Shown here: positions 1 to 10,465 of the stretch, piece after piece | Layout: the number at the start of each line of letters is the position of its first letter | Position numbering within the stretch: the stretch's first letter is position 1 | Assembly (NCBI GenBank): GCA_964242585.1 | Contig: CAXTBJ010000009.1 | Span: 8,991-72,990, forward strand | DNA: 64,000 nucleotides | Direction: 5' to 3' | Source of the DNA: an uncultured Bryocella sp. | Lineage (GTDB): Bacteria; Acidobacteriota; Terriglobia; Terriglobales; Acidobacteriaceae | Notes under the pieces: generated by a model | What the model was told of the DNA's origin: nothing | Databases searched by the model: none | The model's input: the letters and a program-made list of their open reading frames with translations, nothing else | Program-made: the position numbers and the translations under genes

Positions 1-173
1 AGTTGCCGCAGAAGCCGTTCGGTGAAGCCGGGCTCGGCGGAAAGCTCACGCATCATCTGCGACAGCAGGACGGTGTCCTGTGGCATGGGCTGCTCGGGCG
101 GCCGCTCATGCGGTCGGCAGCCTGCGAGGGGAAGCATGGCCCAAAGCAGGGCAAGCCGCTGGGAAAAGCGCAT
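1..173 (-). CDS. Partial lipoprotein (N-terminus only; runs off window edge)
   Basis: Manual translation from ATG at 173: MRFSQRLALLWAMLPLAGCRPHERPP..., open to position 1; signal peptide with LAGC lipobox. Confidence 0.65.
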   Translation of the reverse strand, partial: MRFSQRLALLWAMLPLAGCRPHERPPEQPMPQDTVLLSQMMRELSAEPGFTERLLRQ

Positions 174-375
174 GGCGGCTTTAGATGCATCTGCAAACAC
201 AGATCGTCAGCGGGCACAAAGCCGTGCTGTTCGGGGGTTTATGGGTGTCGGCGTCCCGCAATTATCGAGGGCAGGGTTACATGCAAGAAATTTATATGGC
301 CGGGAAAGCGGATGCCGTATGCTACAGGCAATCCCGACCCAGTTTGCCCGCCGGTATCGTTTTGAGGGCTTTTCC

Positions 376-1158
376 ATGAAACTTGCGACTGCGCTGTTTG
401 CCGCTCTGTCCGTGTCCCTTGGCCTGCCCGCGCCTTTGCACGCTCAGGAACGCCCCTCAACGGACGCCCAAAGGCAAGAGGCCCCGGCTATTCGGGCCGG
501 TATCCAGAGCGATGCCCTGCCCCCGGCTCCATCGCAGACGCTGTTGAGCCGCACAGGCGGGGGTGCGGTCGTTGTATCCGCCCACCCGACGGCTGCGCGG
601 ACCGTCGTCAACGGCAGAACTTATGTGAAGCCGGACGAACACGCGCTTGTGCAGGATTACCTGCACGACACCTACGGTCTGCCCGGTTTCGCGCGGACCA
701 CGGTGCGTGCGCTGTATGCGGAAGGCCGCGGAAAACCGACGGAATGGGGTACCGACGCGGCCGGCTTCGGGCAGCGCTTCGGCTCCGCGGCCGCCGTCAC
801 GGCCATCGACGGTACGGTGCGCTTCGGCTTTGAAAATGTATTGCATGAGGACCTGCGCTACCTGCCGTGCCATGGCTGCAGCGCCAAGAAGAAGATTGAA
901 AACGCCCTTTTGGCGGAGATCACCGCGCGCCACGGCGAGGACGGCCACCGCAGCTTTTCGCTGACCACCACGATCGCGGACATGTCCGGCCCGATCATCA
1001 CGCACGCGCTCTGGTACCCGGGGGCCAGCGCCGGCCCGGAGCAGGGCGCGGTCGTTGCCCGCACCATCTTCGCCACGCGCATCGGCGGCCACCTCTTTCG
1101 CGAGTTCATCTGGGAGCGTCGTCACCGGGACGCACCGTACGAGACGATCCGGCCCTAG
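376..1158 (+). CDS. Secreted hypothetical protein
   Basis: ATG at 376 after GAGGG; signal peptide MKLATALFAALSVSLGLPAPLHA-Q. Confidence 0.75.
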   Translation: MKLATALFAALSVSLGLPAPLHAQERPSTDAQRQEAPAIRAGIQSDALPPAPSQTLLSRTGGGAVVVSAHPTAARTVVNGRTYVKPDEHALVQDYLHDTYGLPGFARTTVRALYAEGRGKPTEWGTDAAGFGQRFGSAAAVTAIDGTVRFGFENVLHEDLRYLPCHGCSAKKKIENALLAEITARHGEDGHRSFSLTTTIADMSGPIITHALWYPGASAGPEQGAVVARTIFATRIGGHLFREFIWERRHRDAPYETIRP

Positions 1159-1194
1159 ACTGCGCCTCTCCAAAGAGAAGTTCGAGGCATGGTT

Positions 1195-2676
1195 TTAGAG
1201 CCCATCGAGCTTTTTGACGACAAGCTCATTCAGCAGCGCAGGGTTCGCCTGCCCTTTGCTGAGCTTCATCACCCCCCCGACAAAGAAGGCCGCCACGGTG
1301 CGTTTGCCGCCCTTGAACTGTGCCACCTGCGCGGGATTGGCGGCGATGACCTGATCAATCATGCCTTCGATTGCGGAGGTGTCGGAGATCTGCTGCGGCC
1401 TGTCGCGGTTGTAGACAAAGGCAAAGTCGCGGCTCTCGGCAAAGCAGGTGTCGAGCAGTTGTTTGAGCTGTTTGGAGCTGATCTCGCCGGCCTCGGCAAG
1501 GTCGGCGGCGAGCACGATGCCTTCGAGCGTTACGGGCGATTGGCCGAACTCAAGCTCGGCGGAGCGGAGACGAGCGGTGATCTCCGAGAGCAAGATCGAA
1601 GCAACGCGGCGTGGGCTCTTGGCGAGCTTCGCGGCGAGCTCGAAACGATCGGCGAAGGCGCGGTCGGCGGCGACCGTCGCGGCATCCTGCGTCGAGAGGC
1701 CGTACTCGGCGATCAGACGCGTGCGGCGGGCTGCGGGCAGCTCCGGCATGACCGCGAGGATGGCCTGCTTCCAGTGCTCGCCGACGACCAGCGGCGGCAG
1801 ATCGGGCTCGGGGAAGTAGCGGTAGTCGTGGGCCTGCTCCTTGGAGCGCATGGAGAAGGTGCGGCCTTCGGCGTTGTTCCACAGCCGTGACTCCTGCACG
1901 ATGCGGCCACCGTCTTCGAGGACGCCGATCTGCCGCTCAATCTCGTATTCGAGCGCGGCGCGGATGTAGCGGAACGAATTGACGTTCTTTACCTCAACCT
2001 TGTTGCCGAACTTTTCCGCTCCTTTGAGCATAACGCTCACGTTCGCGTCGCAACGCAGCGAACCCTCTTCCATGTTGCAGTCCGAAACACCGGTGTAGAG
2101 CAGAATTTCTTTCAGCTTCGTGAGATATTCGAAGGCCTCCTCGGGCGTACGCAGGTCGGGCTCGGAGACGATCTCGCACAGGGGCGTGCCGCAGCGGTTC
2201 AGGTCGATGTAGGTGCGCGTGCCGGAGTCCGGGAAGCCGTCATGCAGGCTCTTGCCGGCGTCCTCCTCCAAGTGCAGCCGCGTGATACCGATGGCCTTCG
2301 GGTCGCCGTTCGCGTCGGTGACGGAGAGGGTGCCGAACTCGGCCAGGGGCTTGTCGAACTGCGAGATCTGGTAACCCTTGGGCGAGTCCGGATAGAAATA
2401 GTTCTTGCGTGAAAAAATGCTGATCTCGTTGATGCGGCAACCGATCGCTGCGGCCGCCAGCACGGCCTTCTCCACCGCATCGCGATTCAGCACGGGAAGG
2501 GCGCCGGGCAGGCCCAGGCAGACAGGGCAGGTGTGCGTGTTGGGCTCGCCGCCGTACTCATTTTTGCAGCCGCAGAAATTCTTGGTGCGGGTGAGCAACT
2601 GCACATGCACCTCCAGGCCGATGACGGGCTGGTATTTGGCGAGGATTTCAGGGGAAAGCGCGGTGACGGCAGGCAT
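1195..2676 (-). CDS. gatB: Aspartyl/glutamyl-tRNA amidotransferase subunit B
   Basis: IGLEVHVQL, RKNYFYPD, HLEEDAGK, LRCDANVS, YRYFPEPDL, C-terminal GQANP motifs. Confidence 0.98.
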   Translation of the reverse strand: MPAVTALSPEILAKYQPVIGLEVHVQLLTRTKNFCGCKNEYGGEPNTHTCPVCLGLPGALPVLNRDAVEKAVLAAAAIGCRINEISIFSRKNYFYPDSPKGYQISQFDKPLAEFGTLSVTDANGDPKAIGITRLHLEEDAGKSLHDGFPDSGTRTYIDLNRCGTPLCEIVSEPDLRTPEEAFEYLTKLKEILLYTGVSDCNMEEGSLRCDANVSVMLKGAEKFGNKVEVKNVNSFRYIRAALEYEIERQIGVLEDGGRIVQESRLWNNAEGRTFSMRSKEQAHDYRYFPEPDLPPLVVGEHWKQAILAVMPELPAARRTRLIAEYGLSTQDAATVAADRAFADRFELAAKLAKSPRRVASILLSEITARLRSAELEFGQSPVTLEGIVLAADLAEAGEISSKQLKQLLDTCFAESRDFAFVYNRDRPQQISDTSAIEGMIDQVIAANPAQVAQFKGGKRTVAAFFVGGVMKLSKGQANPALLNELVVKKLDGL

Positions 2677-2683
2677 GGCATTG

Positions 2684-2692
2684 ATTTTATCA
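2684..2692 (-). promoter_or_regulatory. Extended -10 (TGaTAAAAT) of gatB, likely leaderless
   Basis: TGn-TAAAAT lies 7 nt upstream of the ATG; no SD. Confidence 0.6.
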
Positions 2693-2758
2693 ATGCGTCC
2701 TTTATGGCCTTAGGCTCCCTTGCATCTCAGAGAGTCAGCCACCACGAGGAAGAACATC

Positions 2759-3706
2759 ATGGTCGAGGGCCGGTCTGTTGCTGTAACCGAAGAGGATCTG
2801 GCTCAGCCCAGTGGCCCGGCGAAGGCAAGCGGCCGGGCCGATCCCGAGCCGGCCTCCGAGGCTGAACCAAGGCCCGAACCCGAGCAGCCTTCTGCTCCCA
2901 AAGTCAGCGATCAAATGCACCTCGAACGCCCCTCCGCCGAGGACATTTACCGCCAGGTCTCCCGCAATGCCAAGGAGGAACTGAAGCGGTCCAATATTTC
3001 GCTGGCGATCTCCGGCTTTACCGGCGGCACCTTCATGGGCTTTTCCGCTCTTGGCGTGGGTCTGGTACTGGCGATCCTGGGTAATACGCCGGGAACCTTT
3101 GTGCTCTCGCGCATGCTGTACCCGCTTGGTTTCATTGTGGTGATTCTGGGGCGATCGCAGCTTTTTACGGAAAATACGCTGTATCCCGTTGCGCTGGTGC
3201 TGGCGGAAAAGAGGCAGCTTTGGAACACGCTGCGGCTGTGGGCCATTGTGTTGCCCGCTAATTGCTTCGGCGCGCTGGCATTTGCTGTGTTGATCTCCCT
3301 GACGCACGCGCTTCCGCCCGCGGCGGTGCACGCCATTGCGCAATTGGGCCTGGAGGCGGTGCGCCCTTCGCCGGGAACGATCTTCTGGTCAGGCATTATG
3401 GGCGGCTGGATCATCGCCACGGCGGCCTGGTTGGTCTCGGGGTCGCACTCCATCGCCGGTTCGGTGATGATCATCTGGCTGCTGACCTTTGTGGTCGGCC
3501 TGGGCGGCTTTGCGCACTGCATCGCCAGCTCCGGCGAGGTGCTGACCGCCGTGCTGACGCATCAGCTACCGTGGTGGCGCTACTTCGGTTGGCTGGGGCC
3601 GGCCGTCGGCGGCAACATCTGCGGCGGCGTGCTGATGGTCACCTTGCTGGAGTATGGGCAGGCCATCTATGGCAAAGCCATCGAGCGTGACGTGCGGAAC
3701 GCGTAA
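2759..3706 (+). CDS. Formate/nitrite transporter family protein (YfdC-like)
   Basis: YPLGFIVVILGRSQLFTENTL and GNICGG motifs; about 6 TM segments; GAGG SD upstream. Confidence 0.88.
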   Translation: MVEGRSVAVTEEDLAQPSGPAKASGRADPEPASEAEPRPEPEQPSAPKVSDQMHLERPSAEDIYRQVSRNAKEELKRSNISLAISGFTGGTFMGFSALGVGLVLAILGNTPGTFVLSRMLYPLGFIVVILGRSQLFTENTLYPVALVLAEKRQLWNTLRLWAIVLPANCFGALAFAVLISLTHALPPAAVHAIAQLGLEAVRPSPGTIFWSGIMGGWIIATAAWLVSGSHSIAGSVMIIWLLTFVVGLGGFAHCIASSGEVLTAVLTHQLPWWRYFGWLGPAVGGNICGGVLMVTLLEYGQAIYGKAIERDVRNA

Positions 3707-3864
3707 CTCGGTCCTTACGGGATGGCTCCCTTAACCGGATTGCCGACTATCTACAACGATTGGGGGAAGGCCGCGCTAGACGTCCGACCGCGCTTTGCAA
3801 CGCCATGGGGATGTCGCTGCGCGCCCGGGCCGTCTAGCTTGGTGAGCGAGGGGTAACCGCGCTC

Positions 3865-5064
3865 ATGATCGCTGCCAGCTGGCCCATCGCCGACCCGAAC
3901 CTAATGATTCTCACCAGCCGCGAGGCCATCCTGGATCTCGCGCCGGTGCTGCAGGCGCTTGCCGAACGAACCGGACAACCGGGGGCGATGCACTGGTTGA
4001 GCTATTTTCTGGATAAGGGGGTCGCCGGCCGGCGCGCGCCCTACCTGGTGCTGCTGCTGCAGCCCGAGGAGCACCAGGGCAGCTCGCTCCGAGCCGACGA
4101 TGTGCAGGCCGCGGCCCTGTTCTTCGAGTACCGCATCGGCGGTATCGGCACCGGAGCCTACACCACCGGCGACGCGGTGGGATTCAACAGTATCATCGCA
4201 CCCCTCACCGACCGCACGGAGGTAGCGGCCATCGCCGTGCGGGCGTTGGTGCAGCGGGGAGCGAAGATCGTGCTCGCAACCTATGAGGGCAGCAAGGCGA
4301 CGCAGCCCAGGGACGTTCTGGCAACCCTGCCGGGCCTGCAGGCCGCCTCGCGGCAGCGCCATGTGGAGCGCACCTTGAAGCTCGGCACCACGATGGAAGC
4401 CACCCTGGCGCAGATGGGCAAGCACACCCGCGCCAACCTGCGCTACTACCGTCGCCGCCTGGAAAAGCTTATGCAGATTACATTTGTGCCGGAGGCCGCG
4501 CCGCTGCTGGCCGGTGCCGACCTGCAAAAGATCAATCTGGACTCCCTGAACCCGGTAACAGATGCGGAGTTCGAGCGGCGGGTCCGCAGCGCCTCCGTGC
4601 TGCCAGGCAGCTTCCTTTGCGGGCTGAAGGGCCCCGACGGCGAATGGCTGAGCCTGATCGGCGGTTGGCGGCAGGGGGCCATTACCGTGCTGCACTGGCA
4701 GATGAACCGGGCGGGCTATGAGAAGCACTCGATCGGTACGGTGATGCGCAGCTACTTTCTAGAGTCCGAGATCGCCCGGGGAGCCGAGGAGTTGATGATC
4801 CACGGCGGTACGCCCCACAGCATGCACCACGCCTTTGAGCGGCAACCGATCGCCGATCTGATCGTGCGCCGCCGGGGATGGCATTCGCTGGCCCTGCGTG
4901 GTCTGGCCCACCTGGTGGCCACGAGACGGGGTGTGCTCGGCCGTGGAAATTTCTTCGCCGCCACGCTTCTGGATAAGGAACTCGAATGGGTGCCGGGTGC
5001 CGCGCGCAAGCGCCTGCGGCTGGGGGAGGCGGTCAAAGCCCGGCAGTTCGGTTCGCCGGCCTGA
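3865..5064 (+). CDS. GNAT family N-acetyltransferase (CelD/BcsL-like)
   Basis: LAQMGKHTRANLRYYRRRLEK and YEKHSIGTVM pattern of Acetyltransf_6-like proteins. Confidence 0.6.
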   Translation: MIAASWPIADPNLMILTSREAILDLAPVLQALAERTGQPGAMHWLSYFLDKGVAGRRAPYLVLLLQPEEHQGSSLRADDVQAAALFFEYRIGGIGTGAYTTGDAVGFNSIIAPLTDRTEVAAIAVRALVQRGAKIVLATYEGSKATQPRDVLATLPGLQAASRQRHVERTLKLGTTMEATLAQMGKHTRANLRYYRRRLEKLMQITFVPEAAPLLAGADLQKINLDSLNPVTDAEFERRVRSASVLPGSFLCGLKGPDGEWLSLIGGWRQGAITVLHWQMNRAGYEKHSIGTVMRSYFLESEIARGAEELMIHGGTPHSMHHAFERQPIADLIVRRRGWHSLALRGLAHLVATRRGVLGRGNFFAATLLDKELEWVPGAARKRLRLGEAVKARQFGSPA

Positions 5065-5100
5065 ACTTGAGCCCAGGGAAGACGCTAGAATCAGATCTGC

Positions 5101-8100
5101 ATGATTCTTCCTTTTGTCCGCGAGCTGCTGGCGGATCTCCAAAGCCCAGACGCCTTTCAGCGTGTGCGTCGCCACCTGGCGGGCGGCACGGGACGCCGGC
5201 GTGTGTCCGGACTGACCGCCACGGCACGCTCCCTCTATCTGCCCTACTTTGTGCGTGCCGCGCAGGCGCCCGCGTTGGTCATCGTCTCCGATAACAAGGC
5301 TGCCGAGGCGCTGCACCTGGCCGTTACGGCCGCCTGCGATCTCACCGGGGCGTTGAAGCCGGGGGAGGTGCTGCGCCTGCCCGCGCATGATGTGTTGCCG
5401 TTTGAGAATTTGTCACCCCATGGGGAGATTCAGGAGGCGCGCGCCGCGGCGCTGTGGAAGATTGCCTCGGGACAGGCCCGGCTGGTGATCGCGCCGGTGG
5501 AGGCCGCGTGCATGCGGCTGTTCGGGCGCAACCACTATGCGGCGCTCGCGCTGGCGCTGCACCGCGGCGAGGAGCACATCCCCGAGATGCTGCTGGAGCA
5601 CCTGCTTTCGGTCGGCTACACGCGGGTAGACGTGGTGGAGATGGCCGGGCAGGTCACCTCGCGCGGCGGCATCATCGATGTGTACGGGCCGGAGATGGAC
5701 CGGCCGGTGCGCCTCGAATTCTTTGGCGACGAGATTGATTCGATCCGGCGATTCGATCCGGACACGCAGCGTTCGTCCAACCCGGTCGATCATGTTCTGC
5801 TGCTGCCGCTGACTGAGACGCCCGCGACGGAGAAGCTGCTGGAGGCGATCAATGCGCGGTTGACGCGCTCTGGTAAGGCCGGCGCGGAGCTCGAAGGCGG
5901 CGACACGCCGCGTGAGTTGCAGAACCATGTACAGCATGCAAGCGGGCGTGAGTCCAATGCGACCATCTTTCCCGGATGGGAGTTTTACGCTCCCGTCGGC
6001 GGCGCGAATTCGACGCTGCTGGATCTTCTGGGCCCGCAGACGCGCGTGTTTACGGAAGAGCCCGCGATGGTGCAGAACCAGGGCGAGCGCTGGTGGAACA
6101 AGGTCGAGCAGCGGCATGAACGCTCCGGCATCGGGAACCTGGTGCGGGCGGAAGATCTTTATCTTTCGCCGTGGGATCTTGAGGATCGTGTGCGCGAGTT
6201 GCCCGGCTGCGAGCTGGACCAGCTAGGTGCGGTCGATGTGCTGGAAAGCGATCGCAGCGAAGGCTCGGAGATCGAGTTTTCTACTCGGCCTACGCTGCGC
6301 TTTCATGGATCGATTCCGGCGATGGTGGATGAGCTCAAGAAGCTGATGGAGGCCGAAGCGCGCGTGCTGATCGCCGCGCCGAATCAGGGCGAGGTGGAGC
6401 GGCTTGCGGGACTGCTGCAGGAGTATGGTGTGCCGTACCGGATCGGCTCGCGTACGGATTCGGCCGCGGGCGCGTCGGCGACGGTGTATTCGGAGTCGAG
6501 CTATCTGGCGGGCGACTTGCGTACGCCGGTGATCGTGCGCGCGGCTGTGGCGAACGGCGTGCAGGTGCTCGACACCTCACCCCAGCGAGCGAAGCTCACC
6601 GGGGACCCCGACATCGAGCAGCGCGCGGCGCGGCAGCTGGTGGTGTTTGGGGCAAACGACCTCAGCGATGATGCCGATGTTCATGCGCGGCCTGTGCAGC
6701 GTAAATCCAAGACCACGGCGTTTATCTCGGACTTTCGCGATCTGGCTGTAGGCGATTATGTGGTGCACGTCGAGCACGGCATCGCACGTTACGATGGTCT
6801 GCGTGTGCTGGATCAGGCTGAAGGCTCCACGGAACCGCCGCTTGAGCTGATGATTCTGACCTTCGCCGACGATGCAAAGTTGTATGTGCCGTTGACGCGC
6901 CTGGACCTGATCGGGAAGTACCGCTCCACGGACACGGGTCCCGCGCCGCAGTTGAACAAGCTCGGCAACCCCGCGTGGCAGAAGACCAAGGCACGTGTGA
7001 GGAAGGCCATGGCGGACATGGCCGATGAGCTTTTAAAGCTGTACGCGCAGCGCAAATCGGCGTTGGGCTTTGCTTTCTCACCCGACACCGCGATGATGCG
7101 CGAGTTTGAGGAGGCCTTCGACTTCAACGAGACCGACGACCAGTTGAATGCCATCGCAGACATCAAGAGCGACATGGAAAACGTGCAGCCGATGGATCGT
7201 TTGCTGTGCGGCGATGTGGGCTACGGCAAGACCGAGGTCGCCATGCGTGCGGCCTTCAAGGCCATCCAGGATTCGAAGCAGGTCGCCGTGCTCACGCCGA
7301 CGACGGTGCTCTGCTTCCAGCATTTTGAGAGCTTCAAGAAGCGCTTTGCAAGCTTCCCCGTCACGGTCGAGATGATCTCACGTTTCCGCACCGCGAAGGA
7401 GAAGAAAGAGGTGCTGGAAAAGGTCGCCGACGGCAAGGTGGACATCCTGATCGGCACGCATGCCGTGCTCGCCGAGAACGTGCATTTTCAGGATCTCGGG
7501 CTGCTGGTGGTCGACGAAGAACAGCGTTTCGGCGTGCGGCACAAGGAGCGCCTGAAGAAGATGCGCGCCTCCGTCGATGTGCTGGCGATGAGCGCCACGC
7601 CCATTCCGCGCACGCTGCACATGAGCATGGTGGGGCTGCGCGATATGAGTGTGATCGAGACGCCACCCAAGGACCGCATGGCGATTCAGACGGTTGTCGC
7701 GAAGTTCGATGAAAAGCTGGTGCGCACGGCGATCGAGGTCGAGTTGGAGCGTGGCGGGCAGACGTATTTCGTCAGTAACCGCGTGGAGACGATCTATGAG
7801 ATGTCCGAGCGCATCCGCGAACTGGTGCCGCAGGCGCGCGTGGCCGTGGGTCATGGGCAGATGCCCGAGGCAGAGCTTGAACGCGTGATGCTCGGCTTTA
7901 TGAACGGCGAGTTCGATGTGCTTTGCGCTACGTCCATCGTCGAGAATGGCCTTGACGTCTCGCGCGCGAACACGATCATCATCAACCGCGCGGATCGTCA
8001 TGGGTTGAGCGAGTTGTATCAGCTGCGTGGGCGTGTGGGCCGCTCGAACCGTCGCGCGTATGCCTATCTGCTGATCCCGCCGGAGCAGCAGTTGACGGAG

Positions 8101-9123
8101 ATCGCACGGCGCAGACTCGCGGCGTTGAAGGAATTCAGCGATCTCGGCGCGGGCTTCAAGATTGCGGCGCTGGATTTGGAGTTGCGCGGCGCGGGCAACA
8201 TGCTGGGTGGTGAACAAAGCGGTCACATCGAGTCGATCGGTTTTGAGATGTACACGCAGATGCTCGAAGAGGCCGTGAGCCGCATGAAGGGCGAAGGCCG
8301 CGAGGAGCGCCCGGCGGTCACGGTCAATCTGGGTGTGTCGCTGCGCATCGATGACAGCTATATCCCCGAAGAAAACCAGCGGCTGCGCATGTACAAGCGC
8401 ATCGCGGGCGCGGCGTCCGAGGCCGTGCTGACCGATGTGCGTGCCGAGCTCGAAGACCGCTACGGCAAGCCGCCTGAAAGCGTGCTGCACCTGCTCGCGG
8501 TGGGCGAGGTGCGGCTATTATGCGAGCGTTTGGGCATCGCGCAACTGGAGCGCAAGCGTGTCGCGGTTGAGGAGTCCCCCAAACAGCCCGCGCCCGCGAG
8601 GCCGGCTGTTCCTGTCCGCTCCGTCGCTACACCGCGGCCCGCGGCGCCGGTCTGGGGCAACGCTTCGCGCTTGGGAATGTCGCAGTCGCCGCGGTCCCCG
8701 TTGCCTCTGGCCGGACGCCATGGGCAGGCGCCCCAGGTCGCCGCGCTGAACTTCTCCAGCCGCGCCGCTCTGAACAAGACAACCGCCACCAATGCCACGC
8801 AGGCCTTGCGCGAAACGGTCGCCACGCGCTCGGCGAGCGCCCCTGTCGCCGCCAAAGCAGGGCAGATGAAGGCCATGCGCGACATGCTGTTCCTGAGCTT
8901 CAGTGAGAAGCTGCACGCCGCGCCTGCCGAGGGCGGCAAAGGCATCAACGTGGGCGCACTGATGCGGCTCGTCGGCCGAAACGCCAAAGATGGCGCCCAG
9001 CTCACGCCGCAGGGCGTACTGCGTTGGCCTTTGACGAGCGCCAAGGCCGAGGACGTCATCCGTGAAACACGGGATCTACTGGCGGCGCTGGAGCTTCGGG
9101 AAGCAAGCAGCGGCTCACTGTAG
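5101..9123 (+). CDS. mfd: Transcription-repair coupling factor
   Basis: UvrB-like region, RID (GDYVVHVEHGI), GDVGYGKT, DEEQRFG, QLRGRVGR, TRG motif. Confidence 0.98.
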   Translation: MILPFVRELLADLQSPDAFQRVRRHLAGGTGRRRVSGLTATARSLYLPYFVRAAQAPALVIVSDNKAAEALHLAVTAACDLTGALKPGEVLRLPAHDVLPFENLSPHGEIQEARAAALWKIASGQARLVIAPVEAACMRLFGRNHYAALALALHRGEEHIPEMLLEHLLSVGYTRVDVVEMAGQVTSRGGIIDVYGPEMDRPVRLEFFGDEIDSIRRFDPDTQRSSNPVDHVLLLPLTETPATEKLLEAINARLTRSGKAGAELEGGDTPRELQNHVQHASGRESNATIFPGWEFYAPVGGANSTLLDLLGPQTRVFTEEPAMVQNQGERWWNKVEQRHERSGIGNLVRAEDLYLSPWDLEDRVRELPGCELDQLGAVDVLESDRSEGSEIEFSTRPTLRFHGSIPAMVDELKKLMEAEARVLIAAPNQGEVERLAGLLQEYGVPYRIGSRTDSAAGASATVYSESSYLAGDLRTPVIVRAAVANGVQVLDTSPQRAKLTGDPDIEQRAARQLVVFGANDLSDDADVHARPVQRKSKTTAFISDFRDLAVGDYVVHVEHGIARYDGLRVLDQAEGSTEPPLELMILTFADDAKLYVPLTRLDLIGKYRSTDTGPAPQLNKLGNPAWQKTKARVRKAMADMADELLKLYAQRKSALGFAFSPDTAMMREFEEAFDFNETDDQLNAIADIKSDMENVQPMDRLLCGDVGYGKTEVAMRAAFKAIQDSKQVAVLTPTTVLCFQHFESFKKRFASFPVTVEMISRFRTAKEKKEVLEKVADGKVDILIGTHAVLAENVHFQDLGLLVVDEEQRFGVRHKERLKKMRASVDVLAMSATPIPRTLHMSMVGLRDMSVIETPPKDRMAIQTVVAKFDEKLVRTAIEVELERGGQTYFVSNRVETIYEMSERIRELVPQARVAVGHGQMPEAELERVMLGFMNGEFDVLCATSIVENGLDVSRANTIIINRADRHGLSELYQLRGRVGRSNRRAYAYLLIPPEQQLTEIARRRLAALKEFSDLGAGFKIAALDLELRGAGNMLGGEQSGHIESIGFEMYTQMLEEAVSRMKGEGREERPAVTVNLGVSLRIDDSYIPEENQRLRMYKRIAGAASEAVLTDVRAELEDRYGKPPESVLHLLAVGEVRLLCERLGIAQLERKRVAVEESPKQPAPARPAVPVRSVATPRPAAPVWGNASRLGMSQSPRSPLPLAGRHGQAPQVAALNFSSRAALNKTTATNATQALRETVATRSASAPVAAKAGQMKAMRDMLFLSFSEKLHAAPAEGGKGINVGALMRLVGRNAKDGAQLTPQGVLRWPLTSAKAEDVIRETRDLLAALELREASSGSL

Positions 9124-9156
9124 GGCGGCATACACAAAGTTCGGAGAATGCGAGCG

Positions 9157-9939
9157 ATGCAATGTCACATCTGCCAGCACCCATCGGAGCCGTTCGGGCA
9201 AACGGCCGTCCTGTTTCAATACCGGGTGGCGTATTTCCGCTGCACGCATTGCGGGTTCATGCAAACCGAGGCCCCGTACTGGTTGTCGGAAGCGTACACG
9301 GAGGCCATCGCTAGCCAGGATGTCGGTGCCATCAGCCGCAACGTGATGAATGCTTCGCTGACGAGCAGCCTGCTCACGACCGTATTTCCCCGCTTTACCC
9401 GCGGCGTCGATTTCGGAGGCGGCCACGGCGTGTTTGTGCGCCTGATGCGTGACAGGGGATACCCGTTTTTCTGGAAGGATCTCTACGCCGCCAACCACTT
9501 CGCTCGCGGCTTTGAGTACGACGCCGCGCAGTCCTACGATCTCGTCACGGCCTTTGAGGTGCTGGAGCATCTGGTCGATCCGCTGCGCGATCTGGAGTCG
9601 CTGATGGCCCATGCGCCGAACGTCCTCGTATCCACGTTGCTCGTGCCGCAGCCCACGCCCGCGCTGGACGATTGGTGGTATTACTCACCGTCCAGCGGCC
9701 AACACGTCTCCTTCTACACGGAGAAGGCCCTGGAAATTATTGCGCAACGATTCGGCCGGTATGTGCAAAGCGCGGGCGGCTATCACCTTTTCAGCAAGGA
9801 GCCGGTGAGCGCCGCGCGGTACCGCCTGGCCATGCGTTCCAAATTTGCCCAGGCGGTCAAGCTGATCGCCCGCCGAACCAGCCTCATTCCGAGCGATCAT
9901 CGGAGAATGACTCGGGGTAGGCCGGCCAGTGAAGACTAG
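9157..9939 (+). CDS. Class I SAM-dependent methyltransferase with N-terminal CxxC-CxxC
   Basis: VDFGGGHG, YDLVTAFEVLEH; CHIC...CTHC; GGAG SD. Confidence 0.85.
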   Translation: MQCHICQHPSEPFGQTAVLFQYRVAYFRCTHCGFMQTEAPYWLSEAYTEAIASQDVGAISRNVMNASLTSSLLTTVFPRFTRGVDFGGGHGVFVRLMRDRGYPFFWKDLYAANHFARGFEYDAAQSYDLVTAFEVLEHLVDPLRDLESLMAHAPNVLVSTLLVPQPTPALDDWWYYSPSSGQHVSFYTEKALEIIAQRFGRYVQSAGGYHLFSKEPVSAARYRLAMRSKFAQAVKLIARRTSLIPSDHRRMTRGRPASED

Positions 9940-9946
9940 CAAGCCT

Positions 9947-10342
9947 TTAGAAGATCTGGAAGTTGACCTCGATCATCATCGGGAACTCGACGGGAGTGCC
10001 GTCCCGCAGCGCGGGCTTGAACCTGTACTGTTTTACCGCCTCAATGGCTTTCTCATCCAGACCCAGGCCGAGACCACGTACGACATGTACGTCTTGCGGG
10101 TTGCCTTCCGTATCGATCGTCGCGGCTACGGCAATGTTGCCTCTGATGTGCTTCTTGCGAGCCTGTTCCGTGAACTCCGGATCGACTTGAAAGACCAGGA
10201 TGGGTGGCCGCAGATATCCGCTCACGAATGCGGTCTTCCGTGAGGCTTCCGTGCTGGGCGCAGGCGCGTTCGGCGCTGCCAGCTGCTGCGCTGGTACGAG
10301 CGTGAGCGCGGCGGCTAGAAGCAAAGGCGCAAAACTGGGCAT
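9947..10342 (-). CDS. TonB C-terminal domain protein (energy transducer)
   Basis: DPEFTEQAR, GLGLGLDEKAIEAVKQYRFKPA, IEVNF. Confidence 0.9.
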   Translation of the reverse strand: MPSFAPLLLAAALTLVPAQQLAAPNAPAPSTEASRKTAFVSGYLRPPILVFQVDPEFTEQARKKHIRGNIAVAATIDTEGNPQDVHVVRGLGLGLDEKAIEAVKQYRFKPALRDGTPVEFPMMIEVNFQIF

Positions 10343-10465
10343 GAGAGGGCTCCTCGCCGAAGTGTGTCGTTCACAGCACCGCAGTCATGCGGGTAAAAGT
10401 CAAGATACGCTTCACCTCGGCCAAGCGGGCAGGAGATCGGCCCTGGTTTCGCATACACTGCTCCC

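Noticed and set aside
8560-8880. Intein in Mfd
   Set aside because: No N-terminal Cys/Ser block, no His-Asn terminus; composition is low-complexity
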